From the IMG/VR virus record IMGVR_UViG_3300006111_000003, positions 1-36,450 of that record: DNA of 36,450 bases. One strand, written 5' to 3'. Under the pieces are notes generated by a model. That model ran no database searches. It saw only the letters and a program-made list of their open reading frames with translations, and was not told where the DNA came from. Positions 8,245 through 16,300 of this stretch are shown in pieces. A program made the translations under genes and the position numbers. This DNA is from a virus (taxonomy: Duplodnaviria; Caudoviricetes). The number at the start of each line of letters is the position of its first letter. The stretch's first letter is position 1.

Positions 8245-8664
8245 CTAGAGCTCTGGGGTCGCCTCGCTCGGCAGCTCAGCGACGGCGTCGAGCGCATCCC
8301 AGTCGGGCTCCTCTGGCCACTCTTCCGAAACGAAGGAGTTCTCTCCGAGAAGCTCAACGAGCTCCTGATAGGTAGGGACAGGGTCAAGGACGGCCAGGTC
8401 CTGTGGAGTAGCCACGTCGAGTTGTTCCAGGGCAGTCACGACCAAGCCCACGCTCAGGCTGTCGGGGACCGTGTTCCAGTCCCAGATCGTGAGCGCCGGC
8501 ACACCTCGACGTGTGGTGCGCCCTTCGTGGATGATCTCAGCGAACGACTCGTCCATCATGATGCAGGGCCGGGGCTCGGTAGGGAAGAGCGGCGGGTGAA
8601 TGTTGCTCCACACGACCGTGAGCTGGGCTCGGTCTTCGATCTGGATCTCTGGGCTGTCGGTCAT
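8245..8664 (-). CDS. Hypothetical acidic protein (139 aa)
   Basis: AGGAG RBS before ATG 8664. Confidence 0.7.
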   Translation of the reverse strand: MTDSPEIQIEDRAQLTVVWSNIHPPLFPTEPRPCIMMDESFAEIIHEGRTTRRGVPALTIWDWNTVPDSLSVGLVVTALEQLDVATPQDLAVLDPVPTYQELVELLGENSFVSEEWPEEPDWDALDAVAELPSEATPEL

Positions 8665-8684
8665 GTCGCTCCTGTCAGACAAAG

Positions 8685-8732
8685 AGCCGGGATCCGGTAA
8701 GGAGAGGCGGCGCCAGCCACCGGATCCCGGCT
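8685..8732. other. Perfect 14-bp hairpin with a 20-nt loop
   Basis: AGCCGGGATCCGGT (8685-8698) pairs with ACCGGATCCCGGCT (8719-8732). Confidence 0.7.
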
Positions 8733-8799
8733 GCTACCTACCGTCCGTGCCGACCCTGCCGTCGCAACCATCTAGGGGTTTCTCGACCGTCGCAGCGTC

Positions 8800-8880
8800 G
8801 ATGACCGCTTGCTGACCAGTCACTGACCGGTCAGTGACCGAACCAGAAGAACAGAAGAACAGAAGAAGAAGATCTTGCCG
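8800..8880 (+). repeat. 81-bp iteron-like element, copy A (candidate origin)
   Basis: TGACC at 8802, 8813, 8824 and 8835 (11-bp period); perfect palindrome GTCACTGACCGGTCAGTGAC at 8819-8838; then an AGAAGAAC tract. 74/81 identical to the reverse complement of 33709-33789. Confidence 0.9.
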
Positions 8881-8895
8881 ACGCAGGGCGTCGGT

Positions 8896-8950
8896 TGTCC
8901 CCCAAATGGGGGACACGAGAGCTGCTTTTGTCACCCAAACGGGTGATTCT
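8896..8950. promoter_or_regulatory. Tandem palindromic operator-like sites (8896-8915 and 8929-8950)
   Basis: TGTCCCCC-AAAT-GGGGGACA and TGTCACCC-AAAC-GGGTGATT, upstream of the recT operon. Confidence 0.7.
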
Positions 8951-9063
8951 CGAAAAAATCTTGGTTGCGTGTGGCGTGGGCGTCCTATGTCCGGACTCTC
9001 TTCAGCGCAGGGTTGTTCACCGGTATGGAGCCGGTGCCCTGACGAGGGTAAGGAGCCCACACC

Positions 9064-9867
9064 ATGACCGACATCACCACCTACAGCGGAGGCCAGCCGA
9101 TGAGCTTGGTCCCCAACGAGAACGAGATCATCAGCCTCTTCAAGCTGAGCGAGACCCTGTGCTCGACCAACTTCGTCCCGGACGCCTTCCGTGGCAAGCC
9201 CGCCGAGACCCTGGCCGCCATCCTCTACGGACGGGAGCTCAACCTCGGACCTATGCAGAGCCTCCAGCAGATCAACGTCATCAAGGGCAAGCCATCTGCA
9301 AGCCCTGAGCTGATGCGTGCGCTGGTCCGCCGTGCTGGTCACAGCATCCAGGTCATCGAGAGCACCGACACTGCGTGCGTCCTCGAGGGTCGCCGTGCTG
9401 ACGACGGCACCATCGAGCGCTCGAGCTTCACCATGGCTGACGCCCGCACTGCCAACCTCGTCGGTGGCGGCGCCTGGAAGACCTACCCGAAGGCGATGCT
9501 CCTCGCTCGAGCCACCTCGCAGCTCTGCCGCTCACTCTTCGCAGATGTGATCTCGGGCATCAGCTACACGCCCGAAGAGCTCACCGCCATCGACGCTCCG
9601 GCTCCGTCCCTCGTCGCCATTCAGCACGAGGCCCAGCCTGCCGGCCTGGCATCGGGTCTGATCCCGGCCCGTGACGCCGTCAAGGAGCTCGTCACCGCTT
9701 GTGGTGGTGTGGTCGAGGAGGCCAAGGTGCTCTGGGGCGCGCGTGGCAATGCTCCAATCAGCCGCATCGAGCTGGACGAGCTGCTCCTGTCCATCGAGGA
9801 CGACACTGAGGCCGTAGAGGCCGACGTCCTGCTCGGCATCGACGAGAACGGCGAGGTGCGGTCATGA
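9064..9867 (+). CDS. recT: RecT-like single-strand annealing protein
   Basis: VPDAFRGKP, GRELNLGPMQSLQQINVIKGKP and WKTYPKAML.ARA motifs; AAGGAG RBS. Confidence 0.85.
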   Translation: MTDITTYSGGQPMSLVPNENEIISLFKLSETLCSTNFVPDAFRGKPAETLAAILYGRELNLGPMQSLQQINVIKGKPSASPELMRALVRRAGHSIQVIESTDTACVLEGRRADDGTIERSSFTMADARTANLVGGGAWKTYPKAMLLARATSQLCRSLFADVISGISYTPEELTAIDAPAPSLVAIQHEAQPAGLASGLIPARDAVKELVTACGGVVEEAKVLWGARGNAPISRIELDELLLSIEDDTEAVEADVLLGIDENGEVRS

Positions 9868-10097
9868 AGCGCCTCACCCCCATCGCTGCCAAGCTGATCG
9901 ACGTGTTGGAGGTCTCGCCTGCCAACATCTCGAACCAGAAGCTGGCCCAAGCACTGTCCTGCACTGTCCGCTCGGTGCAGAAGGGCTTGAGCGTGCTCAA
10001 CGAGCTCGGCATCATCCAGGTCGACCACTTCCGCCCCACTGGACCCGGTGACGCTGCCCGCCGCATCGTCGTGATCGATGAGGAGGTGACCCGATGA
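9864..10097 (+). CDS. Winged-HTH DNA-binding protein (77 aa)
   Basis: SNQKLAQALSCTVRSVQKGLSVLNELGII; ATGA coupling on both sides. Confidence 0.8.
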   Translation: MKRLTPIAAKLIDVLEVSPANISNQKLAQALSCTVRSVQKGLSVLNELGIIQVDHFRPTGPGDAARRIVVIDEEVTR

Positions 10098-10834
10098 GCG
10101 CCCGTGGAACCTGGATCAAGCTGAGCGACAGCTTCCCGACTGATCCCCGGGTCCTCGAAGCAGGTGAGCCTGCGGCCTACCTCTTCATCGTGGCTCTCTG
10201 CTACGCCGGCGAGCACATGACCGATGGCCTGGTGCCAAAGGCTGCGCTTCGTCGCCTCGTAGATGGAGACGTCGAGTTGCGTGCGGCCAAGCTGGTCGAG
10301 GTCGGCCTCTGGGAGGAAGAGGGTGCGTCCTACCGCATCATCCGCTACCTCGACCACCAGACGAGCCGTGCCGAGATCGAGGACAAGCGTGCCCGTGGCC
10401 GAGAGAAGCAGGCCCGCTACATCCAGAAGAAGACGCTGACCCCCGTCGAGTCCGCAGAGGCAGAGGTCGATGCCGCCACGGTTCGCAGCCGCCTCACCAC
10501 GGTCTGCGACCAGGCGGTGGTCGACGGCAACTCCGAGGCCACCTTGGAGGGCTACCGCCACGTCTACGAGAAGCTCGTGCCCCAAGCTGCGGAGAAATAT
10601 GCAGCCGTGAAGGGGATTGGCGAGGCCTCGTTGCTGAACGGTGTCGTGCTGCACGCCGCCGCCCACTACCTCGGTGACATCGACCAGGCCACCATGCGCC
10701 GCCTGGCTGCAATGCGCCGTGACTTCGGCTTCCTCGTCATCGAGAAGCTCCCCATCGCCGCTGTCGCCGCCAAGGGCGACCCGCTTTCCTACCTCACCAC
10801 TCTGATCAAGAAGGAGACCTCCAATGTCCACTGA
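10094..10834 (+). CDS. Replication initiator (actinophage RepA-like)
   Basis: WIKLSDSFPTDPRV...TDGLVP...LVEVGLWE...YLDHQTS N-terminal domain followed by a coiled coil; directly upstream of the helicase. Confidence 0.75.
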   Translation: MSARGTWIKLSDSFPTDPRVLEAGEPAAYLFIVALCYAGEHMTDGLVPKAALRRLVDGDVELRAAKLVEVGLWEEEGASYRIIRYLDHQTSRAEIEDKRARGREKQARYIQKKTLTPVESAEAEVDAATVRSRLTTVCDQAVVDGNSEATLEGYRHVYEKLVPQAAEKYAAVKGIGEASLLNGVVLHAAAHYLGDIDQATMRRLAAMRRDFGFLVIEKLPIAAVAAKGDPLSYLTTLIKKETSNVH

Positions 10835-11840
10835 CCGCCGCAACAACATCCCCGGGTTCCACGACCTCCGGGCCGCCCGCATGGCCGACCTTGCCGAGCC
10901 GATGATGGCGCGCGTCGAGCTGGCCGCAGATTTCCCTGACGCCAACATCGAGCCCACCGGCATTGCCGAGCTCGACGGTGTCGTCCGCTTCCAGCCCGGC
11001 CGCCTTGCGGTGATCGCAGGTCGTGAAGGGGCGGGTAAGTCCGCCCTGGCCCTGCAGATTGCCCGTTGGTGGGCTGCTCGTGGTCCGGTTCTCTACGTCC
11101 TCACCGAGATGACCATCGAAGAGGTTGTCGAGCGCATCGTCGCCAACGCTGCCCACATCCCCCTCTGGCAGATCCAGAAGAGCCCAACCAAGGAGCAGCG
11201 TGCCAAGGTCAAGGACGCCCTCGACTGGCTGGCCTCGAACGCTGACCTCACCATCGTTGAGGCGCAGGGCATTGGCATCGAGAAGCTGACTGCCCGCATC
11301 CAGCACTGGGCCCGCTTCCAGCCCAACGGCGTGCGTGGCGTCTTCATCGACAACCTCTGGGGCCTCAACGGCGCCAGCGGCGTGAAGGGCACGGCGTCGG
11401 AGGTCAGCCTCGGCATGGGCAACATCGCTCGTCAGGTCGCACAGCTCTCCCTGCCTATCGAGTCAGGTGGAGTCGACGCCCCGGTCGTGCTGCTCCACCA
11501 CTTGAACCGTGAAGCTGCGAATGGTCGCACGCCGACCACCGCCTCACTCGGTGGCTCGGACCAGATCGGCTACTGGGCAAGCCAGGTGATCCTGATCGCT
11601 GAGGAGAAGAGCATCATGCCCACGGCCAGCGACTTCGCCCCGTCAGGTCCCTCGCACGCAGCCCATGTCACGAAGAACCGTGGTGGTCGTCCGAACTTCA
11701 CGATCCCGCTGACCTTCATCGGTGAGCAGATGCGCTTCGAGGGTGCCGGTGCAGCCCGTCCCTTCGACAAGCCGTCTGCCGCCAACATCGAGGTGGAGAA
11801 GAGCTACCGAGAGCGGTTGAGCGCCTTGCCGGCCATTTAG
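10824..11840 (+). CDS. DnaB-like (SF4) replicative helicase, ATPase domain only
   Basis: Walker A AGREGAGKS, plus TEM, FIDNL, LLHHLNRE and KNRGG motifs. Confidence 0.88.
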   Translation: MSTDRRNNIPGFHDLRAARMADLAEPMMARVELAADFPDANIEPTGIAELDGVVRFQPGRLAVIAGREGAGKSALALQIARWWAARGPVLYVLTEMTIEEVVERIVANAAHIPLWQIQKSPTKEQRAKVKDALDWLASNADLTIVEAQGIGIEKLTARIQHWARFQPNGVRGVFIDNLWGLNGASGVKGTASEVSLGMGNIARQVAQLSLPIESGGVDAPVVLLHHLNREAANGRTPTTASLGGSDQIGYWASQVILIAEEKSIMPTASDFAPSGPSHAAHVTKNRGGRPNFTIPLTFIGEQMRFEGAGAARPFDKPSAANIEVEKSYRERLSALPAI

Positions 11841-11899
11841 GGCCTCGGGGATCCTCTGCGCTGGTTGTCCATGCGACGCCAGCGCAGACGGTCCTCTGC

Positions 11900-12757
11900 A
11901 TGGCCTCCCCGAACGAATATGACGACCGATCCCTCTGGCTGGAATATGCAGCAGCGAAGGAGGCGGACGACGCAGCCAAGATGTCCCAGGTTCGCTCCCA
12001 GATCGTGGAGACGCACCTGGGCTTCTTCGTTTCCTATGCCCACGACAATGCCTTTAAGAGCTGGGGCGACGAGCTCGTGCAGGGCTACCTACACGAGCTC
12101 GTCCTCGTTGCTATGTCTCTGGTGGACCGTTACGACCCTGATCGTGGCGTGAAGTTCATTAGCTTCTGCCGCCCCTACCTTCGTCCGGTCGCCTGGAAGG
12201 TGCAGGCGACGCGCGGGATGGTCTGGAACGGCTACGAGACCGAGCGTCTGCGAGCCCTGATCCGCCGACGCCAGAGCGAGGCCATGGGCCGTGGAGAGGA
12301 GCTGAGCGTCGAGGAGCTTGCCGAGGAGCTGGCCGCTGTCCACGGCAAGCGCATCACCGTCGGTCGGGTGCTCCGGATCATCCAGAGCCCGTCGGTCGTC
12401 TCTGGTGACGCCGTGGTGGGCGCTGGCGGCGAAGACGGGACCTCGATCTTCGACAAGGTCTCAGACGACTACGAGGTCAGCGCTCGCCTTGAGCAGGACG
12501 AGCGGATCAAGGCCGTCCGCCGTGTCCTCGACAACCTCAACCTGAGCGAGCTCGAGGTGGCCATCGTGACCCGAGTGTTGATGACCTCGCCCTATCGGGA
12601 GCACACCTACACGGAGAACGGCCGCCAGGTGCGTGTCGTCATGGAGCCGGGGCCGGCGTCGGACAAGGAGATAGCAGAGGACTTCGGGATACCGGTAGCC
12701 GTGGCTACGGCGACACGAGAGCGGTTGGTCGCCACGCTTCGCCGCCTTTTGGGCTAA
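11900..12757 (+). CDS. Sigma70-family RNA polymerase sigma factor (group 3-like; regions 2, 3 and 4)
   Basis: Region 2 VDRYDPDRGVKFISF, region 3 SVEELAEEL and region 4 HTH KEIAEDFGIP. Confidence 0.85.
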   Translation: MASPNEYDDRSLWLEYAAAKEADDAAKMSQVRSQIVETHLGFFVSYAHDNAFKSWGDELVQGYLHELVLVAMSLVDRYDPDRGVKFISFCRPYLRPVAWKVQATRGMVWNGYETERLRALIRRRQSEAMGRGEELSVEELAEELAAVHGKRITVGRVLRIIQSPSVVSGDAVVGAGGEDGTSIFDKVSDDYEVSARLEQDERIKAVRRVLDNLNLSELEVAIVTRVLMTSPYREHTYTENGRQVRVVMEPGPASDKEIAEDFGIPVAVATATRERLVATLRRLLG

Positions 12758-12786
12758 ACGATCAGGAGCTGCCGATTCGGCACTGG

Positions 12787-13048
12787 CTGCACAACCGCTG
12801 CACAACTTCTCGGCAGAATGGCTGGGAATCACTGGGAATCGCTGAGTGGGGCAGACCCTAGTGTTTTAACCATTTTTTAGGGCGCCCGTTGGGGTTTGGG
12901 GCTTTTTGGGGGGTCTCCGGCAGGGTAGGTGCTCGGTTTGGGAAGCTGATGTTCTACCTCTGAACTACACCCGCAGAGCCCTTTATTTGCAAGGGTTTTG
13001 CTCGCCAGCCTCAGAAACAGGTCCGGCTCTGCACAACCACTGCACAAC
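12787..13048. other. attP region with arm-type repeats and probable Xis sites
   Basis: CTGCACAAC pairs at 12787/12798 and 13029/13040 flank the core. CTGGGAATC occurs in tandem at 12822 and 12832. The region lies immediately upstream of xis-int. Confidence 0.8.
12938..12974 (-). other. attP core: 5' half of tRNA-Gly(CCC), not a functional tRNA
   Basis: GCGGGTG-TA-GTTC-AGAGGTA-GAAC-A-TCAGC-TTCCCAA gives the acceptor 5' strand, D arm, anticodon 5' stem and loop. It is followed by ACCGA rather than the GCTGA needed to close the stem, and there is no T arm. Confidence 0.88.
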
Positions 13049-13173
13049 ATCGGGTAGGCACTACCCTGTTAAGCGTAGTGGTTCCCAGCTGTTCTTGGCG
13101 TCGAATGCGAAGGCATTCGCGTAGGACACGGGTATGTCTGGCCATCGAACGTCGGTGGCCAGAAAGGTTCACC

Positions 13174-13428
13174 ATGACCCTGGCTTCCAACCCAACCAAC
13201 ACCCTCAGCGTCCAAGAGACGCTCGACGCCATCCTCGCCACCGTGAAGGCGAGCACCCGCCCCTGGCTCTCGTGCCAGGAGGCCATGGACTACCTCGGCG
13301 TCGGCCGCTCAACCCTCGACCTCTACCGCGCGCAGGGCCGCATCCGCTACGCCAAGCTCCCCAACAGCGAGGTGCGCTTCCGTCGTGCCGACCTCGAGGC
13401 GTTCCTCGAAGACCTGGTGGTGGCCTGA
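13174..13428 (+). CDS. xis: Excisionase (HTH_17-like, 84 aa)
   Basis: WLSCQEAMDYLGVGRSTL...RFRRADLEAFL; AGAAAGG RBS; TGATG coupling to int. Confidence 0.85.
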   Translation: MTLASNPTNTLSVQETLDAILATVKASTRPWLSCQEAMDYLGVGRSTLDLYRAQGRIRYAKLPNSEVRFRRADLEAFLEDLVVA

Positions 13429-14807
13429 TGCCCCGCCGCTACCGGGTCACCATCCCGGACGACATCACCGAGCTCCCGGGGCGCCCGCGCAAGCCCTACG
13501 CCGTTCGCTGGAGGGTGAACGGCCAGGGCTTCTGGGAGGGGTTCCCCACCAAGTTCGGCGCCAACTCTGCCGACGCCTTCCGCTCGCTGCTCATCGCAGC
13601 CCTCGAGACCCCAGGCGTGACCTGGAACATGGCGAATGGCTACCCCTCAACCATTGAGGACGTCGACTCACAGGTCATGATCCACGAGTTCGCCCGCACC
13701 TACCTTGAGCGCCAGTGGCCACACATCTCGCCACGCACCCGTCAGGTCTATGCCGAGAACCTGGCCTACCTGATCCTCGCCGCCAGGACCAAGACAGCAC
13801 CCAAGCCGAACCCCGGTTGGGTCTCGGCGCTCACTGCGTGGCTGCACCCGACCGCCACGCGCTCGGGGCTCGAGTGGCCGGCTGAGCCACTGCCTAGGGA
13901 TTTAGAGCGCTGGCTCGGGCGCTACGGCCTCGTGATCGGGGACCTAGACCGGGCTGCCCTCAGCGACATCGACAGCCGGCTACGCCTGCGCTTCGACGGC
14001 ACGCTCTACGCCTCCAGCACTGCAAGTCACCGCATCGTTGGCTGCAAGACTTTCTTGCGCTTCGCCGTGGACCAGGGTCTGCTCACCACGCTCGACTGGC
14101 CCACTTCGACCGCCGGTGCCAAGTCGAAGGCCAAGCGTGTCGAGAAGGAGCAGGTTTCCGTGCCTTCGGTGGCCGAACTGCGTGAGCTCATCGCCGCCGT
14201 GCGCCGCGAGACGCCGGCTTCGCACCGCTGGCAGGTCATGAGCGCCCTGTCGGGTTTCGCCGGCCTGCGTCCCAGCGAGGCGGCTGTGCTCTGCGTTGAG
14301 GACTTCCGTCTTCCTGAAGGTGCAGGCTTTGGTCAGGTCAGCATCACCCGAGCTCTCAACGACACCGACGGCTGGGGATCACAAGATGAGGCGGTCGGCC
14401 TGCCCAAGACCAGCGCCAGTCGTCGTTTGGTCGAGCTCACGCCCGAGGTGGTGGCCTACGTCAAGGGCTGGATCGAGGAGAGCGGGATCACCAGTGGCGA
14501 GCTCTTCAAGGTGAGCACCGGTGGCTGGCCGGCGGTGCAGCACTGGGGTAAGGCGCTGCGTCGAGCTCGAGAGGCCGTGGGCATGGCTCAACGGCTCAGC
14601 CCCTACGACCTGCGCCACTGCACGGCCTCACACTGGGCCCGGGTCATGCCGCCCGCAGAGAGCGCTCGCCAGCTCGGGCACTCGGTCGAGACGGCCATGC
14701 GCTGGTATATCCACGCCGAGAAGGAGAGCGCCGAGCTACGCGCGGTGCGCCAGCGTCTGCTCTCAGCCCTCTACGACAGCCAGGACCTGCCTGGTTCGGC
14801 GGACTAG
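13428..14807 (+). CDS. int: Tyrosine integrase (459 aa)
   Basis: Catalytic motifs GLRPSE, PKT, YDLRH, LGHS and RWY. The true start is ATG 13428, not 13134. Confidence 0.93.
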   Translation: MPRRYRVTIPDDITELPGRPRKPYAVRWRVNGQGFWEGFPTKFGANSADAFRSLLIAALETPGVTWNMANGYPSTIEDVDSQVMIHEFARTYLERQWPHISPRTRQVYAENLAYLILAARTKTAPKPNPGWVSALTAWLHPTATRSGLEWPAEPLPRDLERWLGRYGLVIGDLDRAALSDIDSRLRLRFDGTLYASSTASHRIVGCKTFLRFAVDQGLLTTLDWPTSTAGAKSKAKRVEKEQVSVPSVAELRELIAAVRRETPASHRWQVMSALSGFAGLRPSEAAVLCVEDFRLPEGAGFGQVSITRALNDTDGWGSQDEAVGLPKTSASRRLVELTPEVVAYVKGWIEESGITSGELFKVSTGGWPAVQHWGKALRRAREAVGMAQRLSPYDLRHCTASHWARVMPPAESARQLGHSVETAMRWYIHAEKESAELRAVRQRLLSALYDSQDLPGSAD

Positions 14808-14837
14808 GGACTCGAGCATCTTGGCTCGGCAGACGAC

Positions 14838-15767
14838 CTATTCGGCGGCCTCTATGACACGCAGCAGGGCCTGAGCCAGGTCGACGTCACTCATCTCCAG
14901 CAGCTTGCTAGTCACCTCGGTGGAGGCGTGCCCATCGAGGACCAGCGAGGCTGCAATGTAGAGCCGTGCCTGTGACCAGCCTCGACGTGGGAGCAGGGCG
15001 TGGCTGATGGCGGCTGCGATGTCGTAGTCGGCAGGGATGACACGGCCTGAGTTCTTCTTGATGTTGACGACCTCTCGTGAAGAGTGGCGCGCCACGATCG
15101 GCTTCCCCTCATCGTTCAACGTCGAGAGCAGTCCGAACGTTCGGTGGCTGACGACAGCGCCTTCGGGGTCGACCGCCACGCTCCAGATGTAGTAGTCCCG
15201 GTTCTTCACGATCTTGGTGCGGTGTGCGTGCCATTCGAGGAGGAGGCCGTCTGCGTTGGCCAGTTTCCTGGCGGGGACATATGTCCTGATGTCGAAGTCA
15301 GGATCGATGGCGTGTCGGATGAAGGCTCGCAAGCTCAAGCCGAGTTCCAAGCTGTTGCCGGTTGGTTGGGCCGTCTTAACGTTCACCGGCATGACAATGT
15401 CGTCCTCGGCTCGCACGAAGGTGACCATCAAGTCAGCGCATGGGTTGACACCGGGAATCGCTTCAATGCAGATGCCCGTCACCTCGGTGATGCCCAACTT
15501 CGCAGCTCGCTTGAGCCACTGCTGCTCAAGAGTGGCGACGACCTTGGGCGAGGTGATGAGCGGAACGAAGGCCTTGTCGAAGTGCTCACCGTAGGGCCCA
15601 GTGCTGCGCAAGTGGGCGACCTCGAGCGCCGCCTTGCGGATGGCCGCCTTCGAAGCCGGCAGGTCGTTGAGGATGGCGAACCATCCACTGACCTTCTCCA
15701 ACCACTTCGGTGACGTGCCCTGATGGACCTTCTGGTCCTCGACGTCAAAGAGCGGTATTTGCTTCAC
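14838..15767 (-). CDS. Putative PD-(D/E)xK-variant nuclease, type II restriction endonuclease-like
   Basis: CADLMVTF...PVNVKT (D...NxK pattern); 309 aa; moron-like position convergent with int, with its own promoter-like motif. Confidence 0.5.
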   Translation of the reverse strand: MKQIPLFDVEDQKVHQGTSPKWLEKVSGWFAILNDLPASKAAIRKAALEVAHLRSTGPYGEHFDKAFVPLITSPKVVATLEQQWLKRAAKLGITEVTGICIEAIPGVNPCADLMVTFVRAEDDIVMPVNVKTAQPTGNSLELGLSLRAFIRHAIDPDFDIRTYVPARKLANADGLLLEWHAHRTKIVKNRDYYIWSVAVDPEGAVVSHRTFGLLSTLNDEGKPIVARHSSREVVNIKKNSGRVIPADYDIAAAISHALLPRRGWSQARLYIAASLVLDGHASTEVTSKLLEMSDVDLAQALLRVIEAAE

Positions 15768-15775
15768 GCACCTTT

Positions 15776-15803
15776 ACGGTCCGGAGCTTTTTGCGGATTG
15801 CCA
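15776..15803 (-). promoter_or_regulatory. Putative promoter TGGCAATC-N14-GACCGT
   Basis: Shared bipartite motif ending 8 nt before GTG 15767, with no RBS (leaderless-like). Confidence 0.55.
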
Positions 15804-15812
15804 GTTCTAGAT

Positions 15813-15938
15813 CTAGGACCGTCCACGAGCTCTGCGAGCTCCACGCTCTTCTTCGTAGGCCTGGGCTTCTTGGCGCTCTCGCTCTTCGGCAGCTTCGATC
15901 TCGGCTACCTCCCAAGCGAGGCGCGAGGTGCCGGTCAT
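15813..15938 (-). CDS. Small charged protein (41 aa)
   Basis: MTGTSRLAWEVAEIEAAEERERQEAQAYEEERGARRARGRS starts 2 nt after the upstream stop; it is below the ORF-track cutoff. Confidence 0.45.
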   Translation of the reverse strand: MTGTSRLAWEVAEIEAAEERERQEAQAYEEERGARRARGRS

Positions 15939-15940
15939 GC

Positions 15941-16300
15941 CTAGACCTGGTCCTGGCGTGCAGCCAGTGCGCTGATGGCCTCTTCGGTGCGGCGCACTCG
16001 GTCACCGAGACGGTTGGTCTGCCCGCCGTTGGGAGTGACTTCCTTCTTCAAGGCGGCTACGGCGTGTTCGAGGTTGTCCAGGCGCTCAAGGAGGCCGGGG
16101 GCAGGGCTGGGCTCCTCGATGGTCGAGGGCTTGCCAACGATGACCTGATATACGGCGTCAAGCATCTCGTTGCGACGGTGAGCGTGCTTCCAGAGCTTGA
16201 CGATGAGCGGGCTGCTGGCAACGCTGATGGCGCTGATCACGAGGCCGACGATCCAGTAGGTGTATTGGACGCCGTTGGGGATGGCTGCGGCGAGGGTCAC
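15941..16300 (-). CDS. Single-TM membrane protein, holin-like lysis accessory
   Basis: One TM segment, then a coiled coil with EVTPNGG as in actinophage lysis-cassette proteins; 4-nt overlap with the endolysin. Confidence 0.7.
   Translation of the reverse strand: MTLAAAIPNGVQYTYWIVGLVISAISVASSPLIVKLWKHAHRRNEMLDAVYQVIVGKPSTIEEPSPAPGLLERLDNLEHAVAALKKEVTPNGGQTNRLGDRVRRTEEAISALAARQDQV

Noticed and set aside
8800-8880. CRISPR array or protelomerase (telRL) site
   Set aside because: There are no unique spacers. The palindromes are only 20-22 bp and no protelomerase gene is recognisable.
12938-12974. Functional tRNA-Gly gene
   Set aside because: There is no 3' anticodon stem, T arm or acceptor 3' strand.
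12906-13124. 72-aa plus-strand ORF containing WEADVLPLNYTR
   Set aside because: This peptide is the antisense translation of the tRNA-Gly fragment within attP.
13134-13427. 98-aa N-terminal extension of the integrase
   Set aside because: It is an out-of-frame read of xis; TGATG coupling supports the start at 13428.
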